Shown here: positions 9,637 through 17,977 of the stretch, in pieces
Layout of the letters: each line of letters starts with the position of its first letter
Position numbering within the stretch: the stretch's first letter is position 1
Assembly (NCBI GenBank): GCA_965227295.1
Contig: OZ245742.1
Span: 512,001 to 576,000, forward strand
Source: Leptonemataceae bacterium
GTDB lineage: Bacteria > Spirochaetota > Leptospiria > Leptospirales > Leptonemataceae
Reading direction: 5' to 3'
Length of the DNA stretch: 64,000 bases
The notes under the pieces: model-generated
The model's input: only the letters and a program-made list of their open reading frames with translations
Database searches by the model: none
Told to the model about the DNA's origin: nothing
Position numbers and translations under genes: made by a program

Positions 9637-10002
9637 ATGAATACTGACTTCAACTCTCTGCCATGGCATGATGCCACGCTGCTATCCATAAGCATAGATC
9701 GCTCTGATCCGGGCCACATAGACACCGTCTCGCTCGCCGTTCATTGGCCGAATGGCAGCAAGAACAACGTAGTCTTTCAGGATTGCTACATGCTGAATGC
9801 CCGAATGAATTTCGGGGTCGTCGCGGCGGAGAGCATTCTGAAAGGCGAGCATCTGGACGACGACCCTGAAATCACTGCGATCAAGAATAGATGGGAGCCG
9901 CTGGGAGTTCCTTTGCATAATTTGAGTTGCTATAGAATCGTCACAAATTCTACCAACAGCCAGATCCATATCTATTCCCTATCATATGCGCTGACGGCGT
10001 AA
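9637..10002 (+). CDS. Small hypothetical protein, possible orphan immunity protein (N-terminal xHDA motif reminiscent of Imm50-like proteins)
   Basis: 121 aa with motif SLPWHDATLLSISIDR. Located inside the post-toxin array, in more AT-rich DNA. Confidence 0.5.
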   Translation: MNTDFNSLPWHDATLLSISIDRSDPGHIDTVSLAVHWPNGSKNNVVFQDCYMLNARMNFGVVAAESILKGEHLDDDPEITAIKNRWEPLGVPLHNLSCYRIVTNSTNSQIHIYSLSYALTA

Positions 10003-10031
10003 ATCTCTATTAGAACCCGCACATTTCGGCC

Positions 10032-11039
10032 ATGGACCGGCAAATTCAAGAACTACGAGACGCAGTTCGTCAGGATCCGAACGATCCGGAGAACTGGTTG
10101 GAACTCGGCATTGCACTTCGAGAGTCTGGAGACGCAGAGGAAGCGATACTGGCGCTATCGAAGGCGCACGAACTCGCGCCTGAACATGACTTAACGGCAC
10201 TCAATCTCGCGTTAGCCCTGGGAGACGTCGATCGGCATCAGGAAGCCATTCGTGTCGCGGATGGTATTCTCGGTCGCAAAGATTCTGCCGATGCCCGTTA
10301 TCTGAAGGCCTGGTCATTGAATCAACTCGGGCAGTCCCAGGAGGCCCTGGAGATATTCCTGCGGGGTATCCAGAGCGAAGGGGATGCACGCAGCCACTCG
10401 GGCGCAGCCTCGGCCTATGCCCGACTCGGACGGTATCGAGAATCACTCAATGCCTATGAGCATGCCCTCGAACTGGACCCGGATTTCAACGAAGACGCTC
10501 AGTTTCTGTACGGCCTGGCATTGGCTCAATCTGCGCTGGGACAACGATCTGTCGCGATAGAAACCCTCACCCGCGCCTATGCGATGGCACCCCAAAACCG
10601 GAGCATCGGCAATGAATTAGGCAAGCTTCTCGGGTTGAGCGGCCAGTATACGAAAGCAATCGAGGTCCTGACTGAGGTATCGGAAAATTTTCCTGACGAT
10701 TACTTCCCCCTGAACAATCTCGCGCATGCATATCTCTACGCAGGTATGCCGCGCAAGAGCCTCCCGTACTTCGACCGCACGATCGAACTCGCCCCCGACT
10801 ATCCGAACTCCCGATTCGGCCGCGGTGATGCCCTGATGCAAGTCAAAGACTACGGCAGCGCAATTGATGATTTTCTCCAGGCCACACGAATCATGCCGGA
10901 AGTCGTCTACGGCTGGAAAAGCCTTGTGCAATGCTATCTTGAGCTGGGAAAAGTCAATGAGGCAAAGTCCGCGCTCGGTGAAGCACTACAACTTCATCCG
11001 GATGCCCGGGACCTGCTGGACATGCAACAGATCCTGTAG
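10032..11039 (+). CDS. TPR protein (type B'), paralog of 7492 ORF
   Basis: TPR motifs. NNLAHAYLYAGMPRKSL..FD..IE.APDY.NSRFGRG is shared with 7492. Confidence 0.85.
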   Translation: MDRQIQELRDAVRQDPNDPENWLELGIALRESGDAEEAILALSKAHELAPEHDLTALNLALALGDVDRHQEAIRVADGILGRKDSADARYLKAWSLNQLGQSQEALEIFLRGIQSEGDARSHSGAASAYARLGRYRESLNAYEHALELDPDFNEDAQFLYGLALAQSALGQRSVAIETLTRAYAMAPQNRSIGNELGKLLGLSGQYTKAIEVLTEVSENFPDDYFPLNNLAHAYLYAGMPRKSLPYFDRTIELAPDYPNSRFGRGDALMQVKDYGSAIDDFLQATRIMPEVVYGWKSLVQCYLELGKVNEAKSALGEALQLHPDARDLLDMQQIL

Positions 11040-11092
11040 CACTGAGACAGTTCGTTTCATCGGAGATCCTCGAATGGAAGCCGGGTGTTGGC

Positions 11093-11160
11093 TGGTACCG
11101 CGAAGAGAAAGGCCGTATCATCTTGCAGTTGGTCAAGGGCGAGAAGCAGCTCGTCGACGT
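11093..11160 (+). pseudogene. Possible fragment of an IS3-type OrfA/HTH transposase
   Basis: Translates as WYREEKGRIILQLVKGEKQLVDV, which resembles transposase N-terminal HTH openings. It is cut off by the ~420-bp repeat. Confidence 0.25.
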
Positions 11161-11581
11161 CCACCAATCCGGGGAGCCCACCCAAGAACTTCCCCTACCT
11201 GGGCCCAGATCCTTAATTTTTCGCGAGCATTGTCTTGCAAAAATTCATTCCCCAATCCATTCTGTGCTTTCCGCGCTCAACAAGCGCACCGGAATCTCGG
11301 TTCGTAACCGAACTCCGGCCATCCGTTCTTTAACAGAACGCAACGATTCTCGAACGGGTCCGTTGCGTAAAAGGCAAGCCCGCCTGGGCCGATACAAGCA
11401 ATTCCGCACACGTGTGCGGAATTCAAGGTCGCGCGCATCGCCACTGCTAACCTGTGAATAACAAGCGTTAGGGACACGCAGGGTGGCGAAGCCAGTCTCG
11501 CGCAGCGAGACCGAAGCGAAGCGGAGCCCGGAGTGGCCCGACGGCCCGCCGCCTCCGCGGCGCGGCGGGCCGGAACGCCCA
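11160..11581 (+). repeat. ~420-bp structured non-coding element, copy 1
   Basis: Colinear with 17555-17975. Contains TTGCAA-17bp-CATTCT, several hairpins, a perfect 24-bp palindrome (11400-11423) and a terminal GC-rich REP-like hairpin. Confidence 0.9.
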
Positions 11582-14500
11582 ATCAAACATCGTTACTGCT
11601 TCACCTCGTTCAGCTCCAGGCCGAAGAAGCCCGGCAACAGACCATCGACATGCTCGTGGGTATGGTGACGCAGGACAACGTCCAGGAAGAACGCCAGGAG
11701 ATCGATTACAACCCGTACGAGGACGTGCCGGTGTTGCTGCGTCCGGAGTGCTGGGAGAACGTCAAAGCGACGCGCCTCGAAACGAACGAGGAGATGCAGG
11801 AACGCATCGAGAACCAGCGCGCGCGAAACTACACCGACGTCAAAATCGGCAAGGACGGCACGATCATTGCCAGCCGCGCGATCAAGACCGGCGAGGCCGT
11901 GTGGAACGGCGGTGATCTTACGAACTCGGACGGCTACAGCGCCGCCTACGAAACCCAGACCGTCACGATTCGCCCGCCCCAGGCCATCAAACTCGCGAGC
12001 GGCGGTGATTTGTTCGCGAGCTGGGACTACGACGAGCTACAAGAATCACATGAAGAGAACTTAAGCGACTTCTACGCCGGTCTGGATCGCAAGGTCCAGG
12101 CGGCCCAGGGTCAACTCGCAAACGCGAACGAACTGTTCACCGCCCGCGAAACGGCCTTCCAGCAAAACGCGGCGAGCCAGGCGCAGACGTGGTCCATGAT
12201 CAAGTCGCTTGTGACTTCGATGATGGGCGGCATGGATCTCGGCTCCGCCCTCGTGGATTACGCGAAGAATCAGATCATCGGCCAGGTGGCTTCGCAGATC
12301 GAAACGATGACCGGCATTCCCGCGGGTTTCATGTCGAGTATTCTCGGCGGCGCAAATATTGAGCAGGCGATGCAATCTTACGCCTGGCAGGTCGTGGGCA
12401 GTCACATCGATGAAGTCACCGGCATCTCGGGCCTCGGCTCACAACTTACGGGCATGTTGCAAAAGCAGATGGCAAAGAAGGCCGCGCGCAACGGACCCAT
12501 GGGCAAACTCGCAAACAGTATGGCCGCGATGACGATGGGCGGCGGTTTCGGCGCGATGGCCGGCTTTATGATGGGCGGGCCGATGGGCATGCTTGCGGGT
12601 GCGGCGATGGGTGCGGCTACCGGCGGCGCGATGAACGAGGCCGGCGCGGCCGGTTTCGCGGCACCGATGGCGGATGTGTTTTATGAAAACCCGATGCTGA
12701 TGGATGCGACGGCCTACGCAACGGCCAGCGCAACCGGTAACCCTGGCGTCTGGTACGGCTACCAGGCGATGAAGGGAAGTTACATGGGCGGCACCGTTGG
12801 TGCGCTAACGAGCATGGCGGACTCGGCGCTGATGGCGACGCAGTTGGTGGGCGTGGATGCGAGTATTTCGTATACGTTCGATGACGGCTTCGGTGGAAGC
12901 CTGGGTTTCGGCGGGGAATACGGCAGCGTTGGTGTGAGTTACAGTGAGCGGGACGGCATGGGGGCGTACGGGCGTCTGGGGTCCGGCGACGGCTTGAGCA
13001 TTGGGTTTAATGTGAGTGAGCACGGCGGGAATTCGATTAACGCCGGATACAGCAGCGGCGGTGTGAACCTCGGGGTGAGTTATAGTGATCAGACCGGCTT
13101 TGGTGCGAATGCTGGGTTTGGTGGTGAAATTGCGGATGGCTTAAACGGCAATCTCGGGTTGAGCTGGAGTGAGACGGAAGGTGTTGGAGCGAATGCGGGA
13201 TTAACTTACGGTAACAGTGACTTAGGGAATGCCATGGGCGCGGGCCTGAGTTATACGCAGAACAGCGGACTCAGCGCGAACGTGAGTCTGGCCGGCGCCA
13301 CACTGGCCTCGATCGCCCAGGGCGGAAATTTGCAGTTTAACAGCAATTTCGCGAGCGATGCCGGGCGCGGGGTGTTGAAAGAAGAGTACGTTAAGCAACG
13401 GAAAGAAGAACGCCTCGATGGTCTGGAGGAAGCGCTGGATGACGCCGGTGAGCTGACGGAAGAAGAGAAGCAGTTTTTGAAAGAGAATCCTGGTAAACGA
13501 CAGGCGTTTTTGGAGAAGAAGGCGGCGGAGATTAAGGATCGCGTTGAGAAGCTTGGTGATAAGTCCTCGGAAGCGGATGATTACGGCAGCTCCTGGGATA
13601 ATCAAGGCGGCCTCACAGGGCTCCTCAGTTCGTTCGACCTTGGCAAAGATATTCTCAATTTCGCGAATGAGATTACGGGCACGAATAGCGATAATACCGG
13701 TTTCGTTGACTCCGAAGGTAAGTTCCACGTTCGGACTTGTTTTGTCGCCGGGACCCTGGTTCGTGTACGCAAAGATGCTCCTGGCGCTTTTGAAGAAGGC
13801 GGAGAATGGTTTAAGAAAATTGAGGATGTGGGTGTCGGCGATCATGTCCTGAGCTGGGACGAAAAATCCGGTGCCGTTAGCTTCCAGCCCGTGACGGAGC
13901 TGTTCCGACATGATGTGGAATTGATCTTCGAGATCGCGTACGTAGACGGCACGATAATTGAGACGACGTGGAACCACCCGTTCTTTGTGCCGGATGTCGG
14001 TTGGGTGGAAGCACGCCACCTTCGCGGCGGGGATCGCTCTTTGTCTGCGGCCGGGGAGATGCTGGTGATTGCGAGCGTGCGCGAAATGCGGCGTGAGGCG
14101 CGGGTATTTAACTTTGAGGTGAAGCGGAATCATACTTATTTTGTAGGGCCAGCGGGCGTGCTGGTGCATAACTATGATTTGCGGACCGGAACCGTGGATG
14201 AGGAACGTGACCTCAAAGAGGTCCTTGCCAAAGTTAATGAAGAATTGGGCCTTGATTATACTTTAGAGGAACTGGCCGATTTGAATGGTATTGAGCCGCA
14301 AGGTCATTGCCTGACATATGCCAGTGTCACATGCGATTATCCTATAGTTGAGGGACAACAGATCCTGACTGAGGAGCAATACAAGGACTTATCAGAAGAT
14401 GAGCGCACGAGCTTCTTTGATAACCCTAAGAATCCTAAGGAAACTGGAGTCTACCAGGTCACCCTAAGTGCAGGCGCGATGTTTTTTTCAGGGCATTACT

Positions 14501-14952
14501 GGGACATCGGGTTTGTCGATGAAACGACACATATTGGACGATTCACACAATCGCGGGGGCTACCGATCCAATCATATACTCGCACTATTGGCGAGGGCGG
14601 AGATATTACGGCGGGTATGACCATTCAAATGGTGGAAAACACAACAATTGAGGATTTTGTTTTTGGGAACGAACTATTCATGACTTCAGAAGTCGATGGC
14701 GGCCTTCCGTTCTGGAATCCAGGATTGATTATGCGTGCGAATAATAGCTACGCGGGTTGGCTCGCGAATTTCGGCCTGACCCCAGGCCTCGGAGTAGCGG
14801 TATCAAGTAACCAGACACCGGACCTGGCTGGAAATACAACTGCGCCCCTTGGAACAGGATGGTGGCCGGGTGGCCCCGCGACAATTTCAACGGAGCATTG
14901 TATCCTGAGTACGTCTCAAAAAACGGGACCAATAAGCGTGGATTGCCTTTGA
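11533..14952 (+). CDS. 5'-truncated (orphan/silent) cassette of the large Hint protein, with a different Hint and C-terminal domain
   Basis: From 11609 it matches residues ~618 onward of ORF 599 and lacks the signal peptide. Hint CFVAGTLV...ETTWNHPFFV...VFNFEV...LVHN-Y is followed by an unrelated C-terminus. Confidence 0.8.
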   Translation: MARRPAASAARRAGTPNQTSLLLHLVQLQAEEARQQTIDMLVGMVTQDNVQEERQEIDYNPYEDVPVLLRPECWENVKATRLETNEEMQERIENQRARNYTDVKIGKDGTIIASRAIKTGEAVWNGGDLTNSDGYSAAYETQTVTIRPPQAIKLASGGDLFASWDYDELQESHEENLSDFYAGLDRKVQAAQGQLANANELFTARETAFQQNAASQAQTWSMIKSLVTSMMGGMDLGSALVDYAKNQIIGQVASQIETMTGIPAGFMSSILGGANIEQAMQSYAWQVVGSHIDEVTGISGLGSQLTGMLQKQMAKKAARNGPMGKLANSMAAMTMGGGFGAMAGFMMGGPMGMLAGAAMGAATGGAMNEAGAAGFAAPMADVFYENPMLMDATAYATASATGNPGVWYGYQAMKGSYMGGTVGALTSMADSALMATQLVGVDASISYTFDDGFGGSLGFGGEYGSVGVSYSERDGMGAYGRLGSGDGLSIGFNVSEHGGNSINAGYSSGGVNLGVSYSDQTGFGANAGFGGEIADGLNGNLGLSWSETEGVGANAGLTYGNSDLGNAMGAGLSYTQNSGLSANVSLAGATLASIAQGGNLQFNSNFASDAGRGVLKEEYVKQRKEERLDGLEEALDDAGELTEEEKQFLKENPGKRQAFLEKKAAEIKDRVEKLGDKSSEADDYGSSWDNQGGLTGLLSSFDLGKDILNFANEITGTNSDNTGFVDSEGKFHVRTCFVAGTLVRVRKDAPGAFEEGGEWFKKIEDVGVGDHVLSWDEKSGAVSFQPVTELFRHDVELIFEIAYVDGTIIETTWNHPFFVPDVGWVEARHLRGGDRSLSAAGEMLVIASVREMRREARVFNFEVKRNHTYFVGPAGVLVHNYDLRTGTVDEERDLKEVLAKVNEELGLDYTLEELADLNGIEPQGHCLTYASVTCDYPIVEGQQILTEEQYKDLSEDERTSFFDNPKNPKETGVYQVTLSAGAMFFSGHYWDIGFVDETTHIGRFTQSRGLPIQSYTRTIGEGGDITAGMTIQMVENTTIEDFVFGNELFMTSEVDGGLPFWNPGLIMRANNSYAGWLANFGLTPGLGVAVSSNQTPDLAGNTTAPLGTGWWPGGPATISTEHCILSTSQKTGPISVDCL
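11609..13208 (+). repeat. Long direct repeat copy B
   Basis: Near-identical to 2451-4050. Confidence 0.95.
13738..14172 (+). other. Hint autoprocessing domain 2
   Basis: Cys start (TGT 13738), TWNH, VFNFEV, terminal His-Asn. The next residue is Tyr. Confidence 0.9.
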
Positions 14953-14965
14953 TTCGGTTGCATGA

Positions 14966-15322
14966 ATGATGAACCTGGGGACAAGACGAATTCTATGCAT
15001 TACGGGTTTTGGATTGAGCCTGTTTCTAGCCAGCCAGTGGGCTTCTCCGCAGCAGATTGAGACCAATGCATTACTTGTCGTGCCAGGTGGCTATTGTATC
15101 GTCGGAGCATACGAATACAATGGGATACTAGAGAAAGAACAGGCTTTCTCTTACTGTGCTTCAGGCGTGCTGCAAGGTGGCGATGGGCACGGGATTCGAG
15201 AGTATCATAAGATTGCGGAAATCTGGGTTCCTTATCCAAAGGTTGTCGAAATCCGTGATTTCCCGGAGTGCTTACATGTACTAGCCAACACCCGATCTGA
15301 CACTCCTGCCTGTCAGATATGA
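14966..15322 (+). pseudogene. Putative cognate immunity/partner gene of cassette 2, interrupted by IS481 (last ~15 codons are IS-derived)
   Basis: Starts 13 bp after the cassette stop. N-terminal hydrophobic segment and LLVVPGGYC motif. The IS terminal repeat begins at 15277, inside the ORF. Confidence 0.55.
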
Positions 15323-16431
15323 TCAGGTCGATACCTGATGCTGTTTATGCAGCATCTTTTCACGCGCCACGGCGATGGATTCAGCGAACGTTTGCGCCGG
15401 CGTCTTGCCGAAGCAGTACTTGCCGCTGTGCGTCCGTTCCTGGTTATACTCGAGCATCCATTCATCCAGATCGGCTTGCAGCTCCTCGATGCTTGAGTAA
15501 AGTTTCTTGCGAAACGCGACGGCGTAGAATTCTTCCTGAATCGTCTTGTGAAAGCGTTCGCAGACGCCGTTCGTTTGCGGATGCCGCGCTTTGGTTTTGG
15601 TGTGATCGATGTCCTCCATCGCGAGGTACAACTCGTACTCGTGATTCTCCGGCTTGCCGCAGTACTCCGTGCCGCGATCGGTGAGCACGCGCAGCAGCGG
15701 GATGTTGTAGTCCGCGTAGAACGGCAACACACGATCGTTCAGCAAGTCGGCCGCCGTCAGTGCGTTCTTGCGATCGTAAAGTTTTGCAAAGCCGACCTTA
15801 GCGTACGTGTCGATGAAGGTCTGCTGGTAGATCCGCCCCACGCCCTTGATATTGCCCACGTAATACGTGTCCTGCGAGCCCAGATAGCCGGGGTGGTGCG
15901 ATTCGACCTCGCCGTGCGCTTCTTTGTCCTGGCGGCCTTTCTCAAGCGCCGCGACCTGTGCCTCGGTGAGAATGATCCCCTCTTGCGCGACGCGGGCTTC
16001 CAGGGCCTTCAGACGCTTCTTGAACGTCTCCATGTCGTGCCGCAACCAGACCTGACGCACGCCGCCCGGTGAGATCGAAACGCCGCGCTTGCGCAGCTCA
16101 TTCGACACGCGCAATTGACCGTGCGCCGGCTTCTCGAACGTGAACTCGATCACCGCGTCTTCCACATCCGCCGGAATCCGGTTCTTCTTGTTCGGCTTGC
16201 GCCGCGTGAGATCCTTCAGGGCCTCTTCGCCTCCGGTCTCGTACAACCGCTGATACCGGTAGAACGTATCGCGTGATACGCCCATCACCCGGCAAGCCTC
16301 TGCAACGTTATTCAGAGTACGGGCCAGCCTCAAGATGCCCACCCGGTGCTTTACGATTTTTTGTTCTGCTGTCATCTCTTTCCTCCGATACAAATTATAT
16401 CGGAGTGTCAGATGGAATCTTGACTATTTCA
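15277..16431 (-). mobile_element. IS481-family insertion sequence
   Basis: Imperfect terminal IRs tgtactagccaacacccgatctgacactcc vs tgaaatagtcaagattccatctgacactcc (23/30). Single DDE transposase. gcttaca occurs at 15270-15276 and 16437-16443. Confidence 0.85.
15323..16375 (-). CDS. IS481-family transposase
   Basis: HTH (NVAEACRVMGVSRDTFYRY) and rve integrase core (QDTYYVG, LTDRGTEY, PQTNGVCERFHKT). ATG with a GGAGG RBS at 16375. Confidence 0.93.
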   Translation of the reverse strand: MTAEQKIVKHRVGILRLARTLNNVAEACRVMGVSRDTFYRYQRLYETGGEEALKDLTRRKPNKKNRIPADVEDAVIEFTFEKPAHGQLRVSNELRKRGVSISPGGVRQVWLRHDMETFKKRLKALEARVAQEGIILTEAQVAALEKGRQDKEAHGEVESHHPGYLGSQDTYYVGNIKGVGRIYQQTFIDTYAKVGFAKLYDRKNALTAADLLNDRVLPFYADYNIPLLRVLTDRGTEYCGKPENHEYELYLAMEDIDHTKTKARHPQTNGVCERFHKTIQEEFYAVAFRKKLYSSIEELQADLDEWMLEYNQERTHSGKYCFGKTPAQTFAESIAVAREKMLHKQHQVST

Positions 16432-16707
16432 AGTGAGCTTACAAAGCGTCTTGCTCAAGCACGCTTTACCGGTTGGCGCCTTATTGGAATAGCAGATCTG
16501 ACGGCGTATCCAGTTTCATTACACATATCCAGTATAGCTTTAGCTACTCTTGAAAAAGAAGGAACGACACTGACATTGTTGTTTGAAATTTCTCATAAAA
16601 GGGCTCTCCGAATTCGAGCGTTTGCAGCTGATTTTAGCAATCAAACGCATTTTGTAGCATCGGAGGGGCTCTTCTACCCATGAGACGGCCAGAGATCTCG
16701 TGCAGTT

Positions 16708-16760
16708 TTACGCCACTTTCCTTAATTTTTTCCCGGCCATTTTCTTGCAGAAATTCATTC
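16708..16760 (+). repeat. Partial third copy of the promoter-proximal part of the 420-bp element
   Basis: ttacgccactttccttaattttttcccggccattttcttgcagaaattcattc resembles 17594-17646 and 11210-11250. Confidence 0.7.
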
Positions 16761-16942
16761 TAAAGTGCGACTAGTATATTTCATCTCTGAACAAATGGAG
16801 AAAGGTGTACTTATTGAAAAAACACAGATACTTACTTTGCATGGCGACAGGCTCCAGAGGCTGGAATCATATCCGGGAAATTTTGGAGGGGCCAGTGCTT
16901 ATTTCATGATCCCACTCGTTCTCTTGGGTCAGAGCGAGAAGG

Positions 16943-17392
16943 GTGCTAAGGAACCATAACGTGACGCTCAAAGCATCCCGATTTTGCTTCTTTATTGGTT
17001 TGGGTCTTGTTTTTACGGGCATAGTATATTTCCTCCAAGGCTTGCGGACGGCAGAAGTGCAAAGTCCCGAAAGCCTTCTGTTGCAGCCCGGAATTTACTG
17101 CGTTTTCCAGTCTGGCAAACTGCCTTCGCAGGGCTCTCAATTTTGTATGAAAGGTTACTGGAACAAGAGCTATGGAACTCTCTACTACCATCATACACTG
17201 CTTGTCATTGTGCCGCAGGTGTGGCCCGGGAGGCAAAGTCGGATCGGAAGGCAGATTAAGCACGAGCCTCTTTATGTCAGTGCGTCTATGTATCATTCTG
17301 GGTTCGGTCTGTCGATTCTCGTTCTGGGGCTTTTCTTGCTGAGGCGAGGGTATGAATTTTTTAAGTGGCTCCTCATTCGGCTACTTAGCTGA
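16943..17392 (+). CDS. Membrane protein (2 TM), apparent paralog of the 14966 ORF; candidate orphan immunity protein
   Basis: N- and C-terminal hydrophobic helices. LLLQPGIYC...FCMKG...YHH...VIVP mirrors LLVVPGGYC...YCASG...YHK...IWVP. The start may be GTG 16961. Confidence 0.5.
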   Translation: MLRNHNVTLKASRFCFFIGLGLVFTGIVYFLQGLRTAEVQSPESLLLQPGIYCVFQSGKLPSQGSQFCMKGYWNKSYGTLYYHHTLLVIVPQVWPGRQSRIGRQIKHEPLYVSASMYHSGFGLSILVLGLFLLRRGYEFFKWLLIRLLS

Positions 17393-17393
17393 G

Positions 17394-17554
17394 GATAACG
17401 TCCCGAATCTTTCGCGAAAAGGTGGGTTCTCCTCACCTGACCTCCGGCGATCATTTGTTCCTTCAGCACCTCCCGCAACAGGTCGATGTTGAGATACTTG
17501 CGTGAACTCCAGTTCGTCGCCGCCACATGCCGCGCCGCGACCAACGCCAGGCCA
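17394..17554 (-). pseudogene. IS256-family transposase 3' remnant with right end
   Basis: The minus strand translates as LALVAARHVAATNWSSRKYLNIDLL, like IS256 C-termini. The end gataacgtcccgaatctttcgc resembles IS256-type terminal IRs. Confidence 0.55.
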
Positions 17555-17975
17555 TCCACCAATCCGGGGAGTCCGCCCAAGGACTTCCCCCACTTACGCC
17601 ACTTTCCTGACATTTTTCGCAAGCATTGTCTTGCAAAAATTCATTCCCCAATCCATTCTATGTCTTCGCGCTCAACAAGCGCGCCGGATTCTCGGTTCGT
17701 AACCAAACTCCGGCCATCCGTTCTTTAACAGAACGCAACGAATCCCGAACGGGTCCGTTGCGTAAAAACAAGCCGCCCTCGCCCGGCGTTAGCAATTCCG
17801 CACACGTGTGCGGAATTCAAGGTCGCGCGCATCACCACTGCTAACCTGTGAATAACAAGCGTTAGGGACACGCAGGGTGGCGAAGCCAGTCTCGCGCAGC
17901 GAGACCGAAGCGAAGCGGAGCCCGGAGTGGCCCGACGGCCCGCCGCCTCCGCGGCGCGGCGGGCCGGAACGCCCA
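17555..17975 (+). repeat. ~420-bp structured non-coding element, copy 2
   Basis: Colinear with 11160-11581. Palindrome aattccgcacacgtgtgcggaatt at 17794-17817. Confidence 0.9.
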
Positions 17976-17977
17976 GA

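Noticed and set aside
11445-11472. Canonical integron attC (ctaac...gttag)
   Set aside because: The span is too short to hold L boxes and no integrase is in the window. Kept only as one hypothesis for the 420-bp element.
2451-13208. Diversity-generating retroelement TR/VR pair
   Set aside because: The repeat is ~1.6 kb, differences are not adenine-specific, and no reverse transcriptase is present.
16273-16959. ORFs 16273-16683 and 16765-16959 as genes
   Set aside because: The first starts inside the IS. Neither has recognisable motifs, although 16432-16683 could be a gene remnant.
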